A DNA stretch of 62,011 bases from Rhodothermales bacterium (GCA_013002345.1 JABDKH010000096.1:1-62011); one strand, 5' to 3'; counted from the first letter of the stretch, positions 39,815-50,178 are shown. Notes: a model not told the origin generated them from the letters alone. Translations and numbers: made by a program.

Positions 39815-40267
39815 ATGGCACGTGGACTGAACAAGGTTATGCTGATCGGCAATCTCGGCCAGGACCCGGAGTTGCGTTATACGGGCTCGGGGACGGCCGT
39901 CTGCAACATCAGGCTGGCGACGAATGAGTCGTACAAGGATGCCAGCGGTCAGCTCGTCGATCGAACGGAATGGCACACGGTGGTGGCATGGAGTCGTCTA
40001 GCGGAGATCTGCGCCGAGTACTTGAAGAAGGGCTCGCAGGTCTACTTCGAAGGCTCCCTGCAAACGCGTTCGTACGAGGATCGTGATGGAAACACGAAGT
40101 ACGTCACCGAGGTGAAGGCCCGTGAGATGATGATGCTTGGTGGGCGTGGCGCCGAGAACGGCATGGGCGGCAGCGGCGCATCGTATCAAGAGCGAGCGCA
40201 GGAGCCGGCAGCGGTTTCGGACTCGAGCAGCGCAACGTTCGAGCCGGACGACGAATTGCCGTTCTAA
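39815..40267 (+). CDS. ssb: single-stranded DNA-binding protein
   Basis: [34 protein letters not shown], Gly-rich tail and acidic tip DDELPF. AGGAGG Shine-Dalgarno sequence upstream. Confidence 0.95.
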   Translation: MARGLNKVMLIGNLGQDPELRYTGSGTAVCNIRLATNESYKDASGQLVDRTEWHTVVAWSRLAEICAEYLKKGSQVYFEGSLQTRSYEDRDGNTKYVTEVKAREMMMLGGRGAENGMGGSGASYQERAQEPAAVSDSSSATFEPDDELPF

Positions 40268-40291
40268 CGACGATCGTCAATCCAGATTTGA

Positions 40292-40324
40292 ATCCCCTTC
40301 GCTCGCTGCGGAGGGGATTTTTTT
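40292..40324 (+). terminator. rho-independent terminator after ssb
   Basis: ATCCCCTTCGC-TCGCT-GCGGAGGGGAT gives an 11-bp stem, followed by a T-run of about 7. Confidence 0.8.
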
Positions 40325-40499
40325 CTTGAACGGAGCGCTCAACCCGACGGCACATCAACGTGCGGCGGTGAATAATGAACTCTCCATCACGGACGATCGT
40401 GTCTGCCCGACGCCTCCGTGATGTCACGTTTTTTGTGGACTGTGTTATCTTCCGACTTCGCTCGACGTACGGCCACCCCAAGCAAATCCGGAATAACTC

Positions 40500-41867
40500 A
40501 TGGCGATCGCGCCCTCCGACCGAGGATTATGGACCTCGAAGACCGGCTTCATCCTCGCCGCAGCGGGATCAGCGATCGGTCTTGGCAACATCTGGCGTTT
40601 CCCGTTTACGGCGGGTGAGAACGGTGGCGGAGCCTTCGTGCTCATCTACCTCATGTTCGTTGCGTTGATCGGAATACCGGTCCTCCTCGCGGAGCTTTCG
40701 ATCGGCCGTCAGACCGAACGGAATCCCGTCGGCGCATTCAAGGCACTTGTTCCGGGCTCCTGGTGGCCTGTCGTAGGCGGACTCGGCGTTGCCACCGGAT
40801 TCGGCATCCTTTCCTTTTACAGTGTCATCGCAGGGTGGACGCTCGCGTATCTCTACAAGGCGATTGTCGGCGGCTTCGGCATGAATCTCACGGCGGCAGA
40901 TAGCGAAGCGATATTCGGAGAGATTGTCGGTGATCCTCTGCTCGCGATCGTACTCACTGTCGCCTTTCTCCTGCTTACTATCCTCGTTGTGCGTGGCGGC
41001 GTCTCCGGAGGAATCGAACGGGCGACGAAGGTCCTGATGCCACTTCTCTTCATCCTCCTTGTCATTCTTGCTATTCGGGCCGTGACGTTGCCCGGCGCGA
41101 TGGAGGGCGTGTCGTACCTGTTCAAGCCTGATTTCTCCGAGATCACGACGAGCGTGGCCATGAACGCGCTGGGGCAGGCACTATTCAGCCTGAGCCTCGG
41201 GATGGGTGCGATGATCACCTATGGATCCTACTTCCCGAAATCGGAGAACCTGCCTATCGCCGGCGTCTCGGTGGCCGTCTTCGACACCCTGATCGCTGTA
41301 TTGGCCGGATTGATCATCTTCCCGGCCCTCTTCGCCGTGGGCGTTGAGCCGGGTGCAGGTCCGAGCCTGGTCTTTGTCGTGCTGCCAACCATATTCGACA
41401 GCCTCCCGGCCGGGGGCTTCTTCGCCATCGCGTTTTATTTCCTGCTCACGATCGCCGCTCTTACGTCAACAATAAGCTTGCTTGAGGTCGTCGTCTCATA
41501 TTTCGTGGACGAGCGTGGCTGGTCGCGCAACAAAGCCGCATGGGTGCTCGGAAGCACGTGTATGGTGCTGGCTGTGCCGTCGGCGCTGTCGCAGGGCGCG
41601 AATGCTACCTTGACGAACATGGCCGGTGGCGGCTTCCTGAATCTGCAGAACATCATCTGGGGAAATTTCTCCCTGAGTATCGGTGCGCTGCTGATATGTG
41701 TGTTCGTCGGCTGGAAATGGGGCGTGCCTGCTGCGCGCGCGTCACTGGAGGGCGGCGGTTTCGCCTTGCCGGCCGCAGGGCTGTGGAGCTTCCTGATCCG
41801 CTTTGTATGCCCGGTAGCAGTCGCGATTGTGCTGATCTTTATCATCGTGACGGGCAACTACTTCTAG
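40500..41867 (+). CDS. sodium-dependent transporter, neurotransmitter:sodium symporter (SNF) family
   Basis: GFILAAAGSAIGLGNIWRFPF signature. 11-12 TM profile. Confidence 0.9.
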   Translation: MAIAPSDRGLWTSKTGFILAAAGSAIGLGNIWRFPFTAGENGGGAFVLIYLMFVALIGIPVLLAELSIGRQTERNPVGAFKALVPGSWWPVVGGLGVATGFGILSFYSVIAGWTLAYLYKAIVGGFGMNLTAADSEAIFGEIVGDPLLAIVLTVAFLLLTILVVRGGVSGGIERATKVLMPLLFILLVILAIRAVTLPGAMEGVSYLFKPDFSEITTSVAMNALGQALFSLSLGMGAMITYGSYFPKSENLPIAGVSVAVFDTLIAVLAGLIIFPALFAVGVEPGAGPSLVFVVLPTIFDSLPAGGFFAIAFYFLLTIAALTSTISLLEVVVSYFVDERGWSRNKAAWVLGSTCMVLAVPSALSQGANATLTNMAGGGFLNLQNIIWGNFSLSIGALLICVFVGWKWGVPAARASLEGGGFALPAAGLWSFLIRFVCPVAVAIVLIFIIVTGNYF

Positions 41868-41982
41868 GCGCGCGGACCGCCACTGGAATCAGGGTGCGTG
41901 CGGCAGCCACGGATGAGTTATATTTGACCGACCGCCACTGTTTGCGCCGTTGAACTAATCGAGGCCGTTACCCTCGCCTGCC

Positions 41983-43350
41983 TTGGACCCCGCCCCTGCG
42001 TCTGAGACGCTAGCCGTTCTCCTCTTACAGACCGCCGCAGTCCCTACCCTGGACGTGATGACGCTTGCGGTGGAATTCCTCATCTTCTGCCTGCTCCTGG
42101 GAGCGTCTGCCATGTTCTCCGGTAGCGAGGTCGCTCTGTTCTCCCTCGACTGGAGCGCTCGCGACCTCCTCGCCGAATCGACCGACAAGGCCAGCAAGCG
42201 GGTACTGAAGCTGCTCGAGCATCCCCGCGAGCTGCTCGTTTCGATTCTCATCCTCAACACGATCGTCAACGTAGCCGCGGCCATGATCGCGGCAGTCGCT
42301 ACCGCTCAAGTTGCTCTTGCGTTTCAGTGGAACCCGGTCCTCACCGTAATCCTCGAGGTCATCGTTCTTGCGTTCGTCATTCTGGTCGTGAGCGAGATCA
42401 CACCAAAGCTGCTCGCACGGCGCAACTCGATTCGTTTCAGCCGCCATGTGTCTACCGTCCTTCTTCCATTCCACAAGATCCTGCATCCGCTGTCACGCTC
42501 AATTTCGGGCCTCACAAAATCTCTCCACGGTCGCTTTAGTCCACTGCGACCGCTCTCCGGCGACGACGTCAAGGTGATGGCGGAAATCGGTGAAGCCCAT
42601 GGAACGCTGGAAGAGGCGGAGCGGGAGCTAATCCACTCCATCGTCGAGTTCGGAGAAACGACGGTCAAAGAAGTGATGGTGAGCCGTCTGGATATTATCG
42701 CGATCGAGGTCTCCACCGGAATCGACGATGCGCTTGAGATCATCCGATCAAGTAGCCATTCGCGCCTTCCGCTCTACGTCGAGCACCTGGACAACATACT
42801 CGGCATCATCCACGCAAAGGACCTTCTCCCCAATCTGACCCACAACGGTGAGCCGAACCGCGCCGTCAACTGGCAGTCCATAGCGCGCAAAGCCATCTTT
42901 GTCCCCACGGGAAAGAAGCTTGATGATCTCCTGAAGGAATTTCAAGCGACGAAGACACATGTAGCGATTGCAGTCGACGAGTACGGAGGAACGGCCGGAC
43001 TCGTGACGCTTGAGGACATCCTCGAAGAGATCGTGGGAGACATTCGTGACGAGTACGACGATGCTGAGGAAGCGCTGTACGAGAAGATCGGGAAGAACGC
43101 ATATCGCTGCGATGCCCGCCTGGATCTCGACGACCTGAATGACATTCTCGGACTGGCGATAGATACCGACGTGTTCGACTTCGAAACACTCGGCGGACTC
43201 ATACTGCACCTTTCAGGGGCCATACCGCCCGTCAACGATGTCTTCACCTATCATGGCCTCAAGATCACGGTGAAAGAGGTCGACGATCGGCGAATCAAGT
43301 CGGCTGATGTCGTGTTGATCGACCGCGACGTCACATCATCGGGTGGGTGA
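41983..43350 (+). CDS. hemolysin-family / CNNM-type transporter (DUF21 + CBS pair + CorC_HlyC domain)
   Basis: SGSEVALFSL DUF21 start, CBS-pair region (VKEVMVSR.DI.AI.., GIIHAKDLL), and C-terminal VDEYGGTAGLVTLEDILEEIVGDI. The true start may be ATG 42058. Confidence 0.85.
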   Translation: MDPAPASETLAVLLLQTAAVPTLDVMTLAVEFLIFCLLLGASAMFSGSEVALFSLDWSARDLLAESTDKASKRVLKLLEHPRELLVSILILNTIVNVAAAMIAAVATAQVALAFQWNPVLTVILEVIVLAFVILVVSEITPKLLARRNSIRFSRHVSTVLLPFHKILHPLSRSISGLTKSLHGRFSPLRPLSGDDVKVMAEIGEAHGTLEEAERELIHSIVEFGETTVKEVMVSRLDIIAIEVSTGIDDALEIIRSSSHSRLPLYVEHLDNILGIIHAKDLLPNLTHNGEPNRAVNWQSIARKAIFVPTGKKLDDLLKEFQATKTHVAIAVDEYGGTAGLVTLEDILEEIVGDIRDEYDDAEEALYEKIGKNAYRCDARLDLDDLNDILGLAIDTDVFDFETLGGLILHLSGAIPPVNDVFTYHGLKITVKEVDDRRIKSADVVLIDRDVTSSGG

Positions 43351-43819
43351 ATCGGTGAATAATCTGATTAGCACCAGGACGTGTCCGTCGAGAGGCCCCG
43401 CCGTTTTGATCGCGCTCGTGCTCTTGACGTGCGGCACCGGATACGCACAATTGCCGCACTCCAATTTCACGACGGATTCCGGATCATACGTACGAGCGCG
43501 GATGTTGCACGCCGCACCACTCGTACAGCCACACGATACGGCGTTGCTGAGCAGCCCAAACGACCCCTGGCTGGGATTCGACAAGGTGCAGCACGCAACG
43601 TTTGGCTTTCTGTTCACGCTCGGTAGCCAGTATGTTTTCGTCAACAAGGCCGGACTCACAGAGCACGAAGCGCTTCCGCTGTCAATCGGTATCGCGGCCT
43701 CGGCAGGGCTCGCCAAGGAGTTGAGAGATCGGCGAAGCGGCTCGGGTGTTTTCAGCAAGCGCGATCTTGCGGCCGACCTATTTGGTATCTTAGTGGCGAC
43801 GACGCTTATCCTGATTTGA
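43343..43819 (+). CDS. hypothetical membrane/lipoprotein (YfiM/DUF2279-like?)
   Basis: GTG-start ORF overlapping the previous stop codon. Signal-like segment. DKVQHATFGF..AKELRD..FS.RDL.ADL.G resembles DUF2279 from memory. Confidence 0.45.
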   Translation: MGESVNNLISTRTCPSRGPAVLIALVLLTCGTGYAQLPHSNFTTDSGSYVRARMLHAAPLVQPHDTALLSSPNDPWLGFDKVQHATFGFLFTLGSQYVFVNKAGLTEHEALPLSIGIAASAGLAKELRDRRSGSGVFSKRDLAADLFGILVATTLILI

Positions 43820-43850
43820 GAACAAGACGAAGAACCACAAACAAGGCCAG

Positions 43851-45353
43851 ATGACAGAAGTCAAGGAATACTGCGGCGTCTTCGGCATTCTCAACTCGTC
43901 CGATACGTCACGCTCGATTTACTACGGACTGCACGCCCTGCAGCACAGAGGACAGGAATCGTGCGGAATCGTGACCTCAACTTTTGACGAACACAAGAAG
44001 CGCAAGGTGATGCCCACGCATCGCGACTTCGGCCTGGTGCTGGACGTGTTCGACGATCCCGACATATTCGATACGAAACTGCTGGGAGCAGCAGGAATCG
44101 GCCACAATCGTTATTCCACGAGCGGGTCCGCGGGCAACCGATCCAATATCCAGCCCTTCGTGGTGAGCTATCGGAACGGAAACCTGGCGCTTGCTCACAA
44201 CGGCAATCTCTCGAACGCCCGCGAACTTCGCCGAACATTCAGCGAGCGCGGTACCCTGTTTCAGTCGACCAGTGACAGCGAGCTGATCCTGCACCTGATC
44301 GCGCAGAGCAGGCGCCGGAAACGCATCGATCAGATTCTCGACGCGCTGTCGCAGCTCGAGGGCGCGTTCTCTCTCGTGATCCTGACGGATGAGGAGCTCA
44401 TCGCCGTTCGCGATCCGAATGGCTTTCGACCTCTCGCCCTGGGTCGCGTGCCTGGAGGGGGCACAGATGGCAGCGATAGCTACTGCGTCGCAAGCGAGAC
44501 CTGCGCGTTCGACCTGATCGGCGCCGAGTACGTTCGTGATGTGCTTCCGGGAGAGGTTGTCGTCATCGATCGCAATGGATGTGAGAATGGAGACTTCCGA
44601 TCGTATTCACTTCCAAGCAGGTACGGCGTAAGTCAGTGTGTTTTCGAATACGTCTATTTCTCGCGACCCGACTCCAAGGTTTTCGGCGAGATGGTAGACA
44701 AGGTCCGGCGAAAGATCGGAAAGCAGCTGGCGCACGATGCACCCGTACCCGTCGTATCGCCGGAGGAAAAACAGCCGATCGTGATATCCGTGCCTGACTC
44801 CTCGAACACGGCCGCCCTGGGGTATGTCTCTGAATGTCAGAAGATGGGGCACCGCTGTCGATTTGAGATTGGCCTCATCCGCAATCACTACGTGGGACGG
44901 ACGTTCATCTCTCCAGGCCAGGACATGCGTGAGCAGCGGGTCCGGTGCAAGTTCAACACAGTGGAAGGCGTGCTGAAGGACAGAATTGTCGTAGTGGTTG
45001 ACGATTCAATCGTGCGAGGAACGACAGCCAAATTGCTGGTCCGGATGCTTCGGGAGGCGGGTGCCCGCGAAGTCCACTTCCGGGTCTCGTCACCGCCGGT
45101 GATCAGTCCATGCTATTATGGGATGGACTTCCCGAGCTACGAGGAATTGTTTGCCAATCAGTTCGACAACGAGCTGGCGAGAATGCAGTCGTGGCTGGAG
45201 GTGGACTCCCTCGGCTATCTCTCCGTCGAAGGCCTGATGGACGCGGTGAAATCGTCCAGCCGATCCGAGCACGGATTCTGCAATGCGTGCTTCAGCGCCA
45301 ACTATCCGGTGCCGGTGGAGATAGGCGTAGCGAAAGAAGAGAACGATTGGTAG
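43851..45353 (+). CDS. purF: amidophosphoribosyltransferase
   Basis: CGVFGI Ntn nucleophile after a short propeptide, RGQES.GI, HNRYST.G, VVVDDSIVRGTT PRPP motif, C-terminal Cys-rich Fe-S ligand region. Confidence 0.95.
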   Translation: MTEVKEYCGVFGILNSSDTSRSIYYGLHALQHRGQESCGIVTSTFDEHKKRKVMPTHRDFGLVLDVFDDPDIFDTKLLGAAGIGHNRYSTSGSAGNRSNIQPFVVSYRNGNLALAHNGNLSNARELRRTFSERGTLFQSTSDSELILHLIAQSRRRKRIDQILDALSQLEGAFSLVILTDEELIAVRDPNGFRPLALGRVPGGGTDGSDSYCVASETCAFDLIGAEYVRDVLPGEVVVIDRNGCENGDFRSYSLPSRYGVSQCVFEYVYFSRPDSKVFGEMVDKVRRKIGKQLAHDAPVPVVSPEEKQPIVISVPDSSNTAALGYVSECQKMGHRCRFEIGLIRNHYVGRTFISPGQDMREQRVRCKFNTVEGVLKDRIVVVVDDSIVRGTTAKLLVRMLREAGAREVHFRVSSPPVISPCYYGMDFPSYEELFANQFDNELARMQSWLEVDSLGYLSVEGLMDAVKSSSRSEHGFCNACFSANYPVPVEIGVAKEENDW

Positions 45354-45843
45354 GCGAACCGCTTGCCGTTTATCGTCCCCGATCTCGCTGGTAAGATCTC
45401 ATCGCCGGGGCATCTCGTCAGCGTCATCCCGATCCGCAGACGGAGGCAGCTTAGAGCCACGCGCGCTCACTGTTGTCAGTGCTAACGCAACGTGCGTTTC
45501 TCGCTTCGCATGCCACTACGAGCAACTCCGCGAGTGAGTACGAAGGTCGCCGACAGGGCACGCTTGTCGAGACGGATGCGGGGTAGAATCTCCGGATGAC
45601 GATGTCATTTCCGCCCGGCAGCGGACGATGCCTAATCTGTTGCAAGCCTTTGCGATGACCGCGGGCATTCAAGCGACGAAGGAGAAATCGATTCGATGAA
45701 CACGTTTAAATATGTAGATTTCGTGAACTTTCTGTGATGGTTCGTTCTGGAGCACCTAAACCGTGAAAAAATATGTTGCAATAGACGATAACTTTTTTAA
45801 GTTCATCCCTTGTTCACTGTTCTTATCAACCCCCCCGACTGAC

Positions 45844-45936
45844 ATGCGCAATCATGTAGACCTGGCAATCAGGAACACATCCGTATGGGCAGGGATAGTG
45901 GGGCTGCTTGCCTTCGTGGTGCTACAGCTGCTCTAG
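45844..45936 (+). CDS. candidate 30-aa hydrophobic peptide (MRNHVDLAIRNTSVWAGIVGLLAFVVLQLL)
   Basis: Read by hand; it is below the track's length cutoff. One predicted TM helix. Lies between an AT-rich stretch and a strong terminator. No homology evidence. Confidence 0.3.
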   Translation: MRNHVDLAIRNTSVWAGIVGLLAFVVLQLL

Positions 45937-45981
45937 AAGAACTTGCCTCTCATCTCAGATCCATCCTGGATCACATCATCA

Positions 45982-46015
45982 AGCACGGTCGCTGATACAG
46001 CGAACGTGCTTTTTT
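45982..46015 (+). terminator. rho-independent terminator
   Basis: AGCACGGTCGCTG-ATA-CAGCGAACGTGCT gives 12 bp with one mismatch, followed by TTTTT. Confidence 0.75.
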
Positions 46016-46105
46016 CATTTCGAGTTCGACCCACCTTGCCTCACATTTGCGTAGTGTTGAATTCAACCAACTTCTCGACAAACGCCTCCAATCCGTTCGG
46101 CCATC

Positions 46106-47356
46106 ATGCCCCCCTCCCTTCGATTACTCGTCGTGGTCAATGTCTATTCGCCTGACCTGGGCGGAGGCATTCTGTTCAGCGACCTGCTCGAAGGACTTGT
46201 CGAGCGAGGGGTCGACGTCACCGTAAGATGTGCATACCCGTACTACCCTGAGTGGACGGACAAGACGGGGCGCAACGGCCTGGCAATCCACCGCTACGAA
46301 GACCGCGGTGTTCACGTGGAGCGACTCGGGATCTATATCCCGGGCAATCCCAACTCTCTCGTGCAACGCATGGTGTACGAGTCCTCGTTCTTCTTTTCTC
46401 TTCTCCGGACGCTGCCGGGCAGCCGCCGGTTCGATCTCGTGATGGCGTACTGCCCCCTGGTCGGAGGCGTAGCATTTGGAGCGGTACTTAAACTGCTGTA
46501 TCGCAAGAGACTGTGGCTCAATGTTCAGGACCTCTCAGCCGCAGCGGCGGCCGCCGGTGGAATAGCTTCGGGTGGCATCATCGGAAAAGTGCTGGAGTCT
46601 ATCCAGTCTGTACTGTTCAACCGCGCAGAAGTGTGGAGTACCATCTCTCCTGTCATGCGCGAAAAGCTTAGCCCCATCGCCCGTCACGACCAGCCCGTGC
46701 TGCTTTTCCCGAACTGGATGCATCGATCGCTGGAAGAGGCTGTGCAGCAGTTTCCAAGGGACCCCAATCACCGCCCCGCTTCACCTGTCCGCCTGCTGTA
46801 TTCAGGAAATCTCGGCACGAAGCAGGACCTTCAGCGCCTGTGCGAAAGCCTTCGGTCGAGCGATGTGGATTTCATCTTCGACATCCGCGCGGCGGGGAGC
46901 ACCGCCAGGGCCCTGCGCGAGTGGGCCGCCAGAGGACAGGACGATCGGTTTCAACTGTCGGGTCTGTCCGACGAAGATGACTTCGCAAAGGCCCTCCAAC
47001 AGGCTGACCTGTTTGTGATTACGGAAAAAAGTGGATCCGGAGGCTCATTCATTCCGAGCAAACTCGTGCCGGCCGCAGCCGCGGGTACACCCGTCCTCGC
47101 CATCAGTGACCGCGACAGCCCGCTCGGCGCCGAAGTGATCGAGAATCAAATTGGAATCCACCACACGTGGGACGATGTTCACAGAGTCGCCGATACGCTC
47201 GCCGGCCTGGCCTCCAATCCGAATTATGCATCGTGGCAAAAGAACAGCCGGAAGCGGGCGTCTTACTACGCACGCGACGCGGTCATCGATCGTTATTATC
47301 GACACATCGTCGAGGTCGCAGCGGACAGGTCGCCGTCTGCTGACGACGACGAGTGA
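46106..47356 (+). CDS. glycosyltransferase family 4 (WcaI-like)
   Basis: LRLLVVVNVYSPDLGGG N-terminus and YPYYPEW are typical of WcaI-type GT4 enzymes. C-terminal GT-B region with E..G....IPSKL......G.PVLA. Confidence 0.8.
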   Translation: MPPSLRLLVVVNVYSPDLGGGILFSDLLEGLVERGVDVTVRCAYPYYPEWTDKTGRNGLAIHRYEDRGVHVERLGIYIPGNPNSLVQRMVYESSFFFSLLRTLPGSRRFDLVMAYCPLVGGVAFGAVLKLLYRKRLWLNVQDLSAAAAAAGGIASGGIIGKVLESIQSVLFNRAEVWSTISPVMREKLSPIARHDQPVLLFPNWMHRSLEEAVQQFPRDPNHRPASPVRLLYSGNLGTKQDLQRLCESLRSSDVDFIFDIRAAGSTARALREWAARGQDDRFQLSGLSDEDDFAKALQQADLFVITEKSGSGGSFIPSKLVPAAAAGTPVLAISDRDSPLGAEVIENQIGIHHTWDDVHRVADTLAGLASNPNYASWQKNSRKRASYYARDAVIDRYYRHIVEVAADRSPSADDDE

Positions 47357-47367
47357 GCCCGCCGCGG

Positions 47368-48408
47368 TCAGGCAAAGCCGCGATCTCCGCGTACATTCAT
47401 CGGGTTGATGTCTTCCGGTGGAAGGTCTGAGTCACCCTCCTCGAGTCCGAGGTACCGGCGGACGTCCGCAAGCGGCAGATCCTCCCACGTCCCGTTGGAA
47501 TAAAGCAGCCACACGATATCCTTGAAGATATCCAGCTTCTTGATCCGCCCTTCCCCCGCCGGCGTATTCACGACGGTATCGACTCGGGGGAATCGTCGTA
47601 GCGTGCTCATGTACTGTTCGAGCTCGTAGTTCAGGCAACACTTCAGCCGTCCACACTGGCCGCTGAGTCGAACCGGATTGAGAGGCAGGTTCTGGGTCTT
47701 CGCAGCCTGCGTCGTGACCGGCTTGAATTCCTGCAGCCATGTCGAGCAGCAAAGCTCACGCCCGCAGGATCCGATCCCACCGATTCGCGCGGCCTCATCT
47801 CGGGCACCGATCTGCCTCAACTCAACACGAGCGTGAAAACGCCGGGCGAGATCCCGAACGAGCTCCCTGAAGTCCACGCGGTTCTCTGCGGTGAAGTAAA
47901 AAGTCACTTTCTTATGATCGAACTGCCACTCCACATCGACGAGTTTCATGGGCAGATTGCGCCGCTCGATCGACTTCCTCCCCACCAGAAATGAATCCGT
48001 CTCCTTGCTCTTGTTCTCTTCGTAGCGATCGACGTCTGACGGAGTCGCCTTGCGCACGATGGTCGGAAGATCATTTTCCTCGTGGCCACCTTTAGACTTG
48101 AACCGCAGCCGAACCAGGTCGCCCGACATGTGGACGGTCCCGAAGTCGAGACCCCGGTCGGCCTGCACCAGGACAAAGTCGCCTGTACGTACCTGCAGGT
48201 CTCTCTGATTTCGGAAGAAGTTGCGTCGGCCCCCCTTGAACGAAACCTCGAAGACGTCGTAGTCGGTGGACTCGCCCGACGTATTGACTTCATTCAGCCA
48301 GTCGAAGACGTGCATCGTTGAGCAACCGGATCCGGACGCGCAGCCGCCGCCGCGGCACGCTCCGCCCGCCTGGCTCCCTCCGCCGGCCGAACAAGATCCG
48401 CAACCCAT
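47368..48408 (-). CDS. PSP1 domain protein (RicT/YaaT-like)
   Basis: Start trimmed to MGCGSCSAGGG (Cys/Gly-rich N-terminus). PSP1 core: DLARRFHARVELRQIGARDEA..GG.G.CGRELCCS.WL. Downstream of holB, as in many bacteria. Confidence 0.85.
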   Translation of the reverse strand: MGCGSCSAGGGSQAGGACRGGGCASGSGCSTMHVFDWLNEVNTSGESTDYDVFEVSFKGGRRNFFRNQRDLQVRTGDFVLVQADRGLDFGTVHMSGDLVRLRFKSKGGHEENDLPTIVRKATPSDVDRYEENKSKETDSFLVGRKSIERRNLPMKLVDVEWQFDHKKVTFYFTAENRVDFRELVRDLARRFHARVELRQIGARDEAARIGGIGSCGRELCCSTWLQEFKPVTTQAAKTQNLPLNPVRLSGQCGRLKCCLNYELEQYMSTLRRFPRVDTVVNTPAGEGRIKKLDIFKDIVWLLYSNGTWEDLPLADVRRYLGLEEGDSDLPPEDINPMNVRGDRGFA

Positions 48409-48451
48409 GTATGCCCTCTCGTATCGTTCTTGCCACAAGATGCGCACCGCC

Positions 48452-49660
48452 TCATGGAGCAGGCACCGGCGCCTCCGTCTGAGTCCACTCGACGAGCGGT
48501 ACGTACAACCGGTCGACGTCCTCTCCTCGCATGGCGCGCCGCAACTCATTATACAATCGCGAAACCAGCAGAGTGAGGTGAACGTTGCGCTGGATCAGTT
48601 CGAACGCCTCCTCAACCAGCCCGATCATGCCCGGCACGTTGGCCTCTGACAGGTTGTCCGCAAATTTCTGCACTTGCTCCGCCTGGTCAACATTAACGAG
48701 GAGGTCTACGTGACCGGTTGCGCGATACGTCACGATGTCTCCCAGCCAGCCCAGCATCAGCCGCAGGAGGTTTTTCAGGCGCTCGCGTCCGAGTCCGGCA
48801 TGCTCGGCCACCATGTCGATGAAGCGATCCACGTCGTCGGGCTTCCGGCTCCCGTCAACAAGCCATATCACGCGGAACAGCTTTACTACGCTCGCGCGCA
48901 TCGCCATCAGGCCGGTGTCACCTGCGAGGTCGAGTGCCCGGCTGAACGACCCGTCCGACATCTGGGCAATTACGTCCGCGTCTTCTCTCGTAAGATCGGT
49001 CTCGTCGACCAGGCGCGAAGCGATCTCGGCTGGCGGCAGCGGGGCAAAGACGACTCTCTGACAGCGCGAGAGGATTGTAGGAAGAATGTGGTCGATGCGG
49101 CTGGTCGTCAGCACAAAGACCGTTCGGGGTGACGGCTCCTCAAGCAGCTTGAGAAACGCGTTCGCCGATTGCCTACCTAAAAGGTGGGCGTCCGTGAGGA
49201 TGCCGATCTTGTACGCCCCTTCGACGGGCTTGAAGCTGAAGGCCCTGTGCAACTCCGCATGCACCCTGTCGATGAGATAACCTGCCTGCTTGCTTGATAC
49301 ACGTTCGGGATCATCCAGCACGGGCCTGCGCGCGAAATCGACTGTGGCGTACGGGTTCTGGAAAAGCCTGGACAGTCGTTTCGCTACATCGGCCGCATCA
49401 GCATCCTTTGGCTGCGGGATCAGAACGTGCAGGTCGGGGTGGACACCGCGCGACACTTTCTGGCAGGGAATGCAACTTCCGCACGCCACGCCCGATGCCT
49501 TCTCACACAGAAGGGCCTTCGCAAATTCGAGAGCGACGGCACGTTTTCCGACCCCGTCCGGTCCGTGGAAGAGGTAGGCGTGGGCCACACGCTCGCTGGC
49601 GATGGCGCTGCGGAGCGCCTCCCGGGCCCGGGTCTGATTGATGGGGATGAAGGTCGACAT
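48452..49660 (-). CDS. holB: DNA polymerase III subunit delta prime
   Basis: HAYLFHGPDGVGK P-loop-like motif, Cys cluster CGSCIPC, FLKLLEEP, SRC sensor motif (ILSRCQ). Confidence 0.85.
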   Translation of the reverse strand: MSTFIPINQTRAREALRSAIASERVAHAYLFHGPDGVGKRAVALEFAKALLCEKASGVACGSCIPCQKVSRGVHPDLHVLIPQPKDADAADVAKRLSRLFQNPYATVDFARRPVLDDPERVSSKQAGYLIDRVHAELHRAFSFKPVEGAYKIGILTDAHLLGRQSANAFLKLLEEPSPRTVFVLTTSRIDHILPTILSRCQRVVFAPLPPAEIASRLVDETDLTREDADVIAQMSDGSFSRALDLAGDTGLMAMRASVVKLFRVIWLVDGSRKPDDVDRFIDMVAEHAGLGRERLKNLLRLMLGWLGDIVTYRATGHVDLLVNVDQAEQVQKFADNLSEANVPGMIGLVEEAFELIQRNVHLTLLVSRLYNELRRAMRGEDVDRLYVPLVEWTQTEAPVPAP

Positions 49661-49804
49661 GCTCCAAGATCGTCCGCGGCGACAAGAAAGTCTAAAGGTG
49701 CTGTTTTCCGCGCGGGTGTGCCCTGGTCGTGACCGCGGCGGTCCGCGGAACTTTGGAGCGGCGTACCGTATTTTAGGGCTGCCTCGTACGTGCGAGGTGA
49801 ACGC

Positions 49805-49878
49805 GGCGCGGTAGCTCAGGTGGTCAGAGCGACGGATTCATAACCCGTAGGTCGGCGGTTCAAGTCCGCCTCGCGCCA
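49805..49878 (+). tRNA. tRNA with anticodon CAT (elongator tRNA-Met, or lysidine-type tRNA-Ile2)
   Basis: Hand-folded cloverleaf: acceptor GGCGCGG/TCGCGCC, D arm GCTC-AGGTGGTCA-GAGC, anticodon loop TTCATAA, variable loop AGGTC, T arm GGCGG-TTCAAGT-CCGCC, discriminator A. The G1-C72 pair argues against an initiator tRNA. CCA is not encoded. Confidence 0.9.
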
Positions 49879-50178
49879 CACGTCTCGGCACTATTGAACC
49901 CGGTTTCGTCTAAAGGATGACCGCACCTGACAACAATCGGACATACCGGACGGCCGTCCACTTTGAACTGTGCGTTGGCTTGCTGTTCACATTCATTCCG
50001 ATGATCCCGGCGGGCACTGAGCGACATGCATCGGCGCATTTACTCCAACAGCGAGATCTCCTCCGTCCTCAGAGGCCATTCCCATCCCCAACGGACCAGG
50101 CGTGACACCGCGGGTAGGCAGGCCCATGCTCGATAGTGACCGGTTAATCCACGGCCGACCCCGATGCAGCACGAAGAC

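Noticed and set aside
45451-45672. 73-aa minus-strand ORF in the purF-glycosyltransferase gap.
   Set aside because: It has an Arg-rich, composition-driven translation, no start context and no motifs. It is likely non-coding.
49879-50178. The tRNA gene as an attachment site for an integrated element.
   Set aside because: There is no integrase, no direct repeat of the tRNA 3' end and no foreign-looking genes downstream. The next gene is a normal-composition desaturase.
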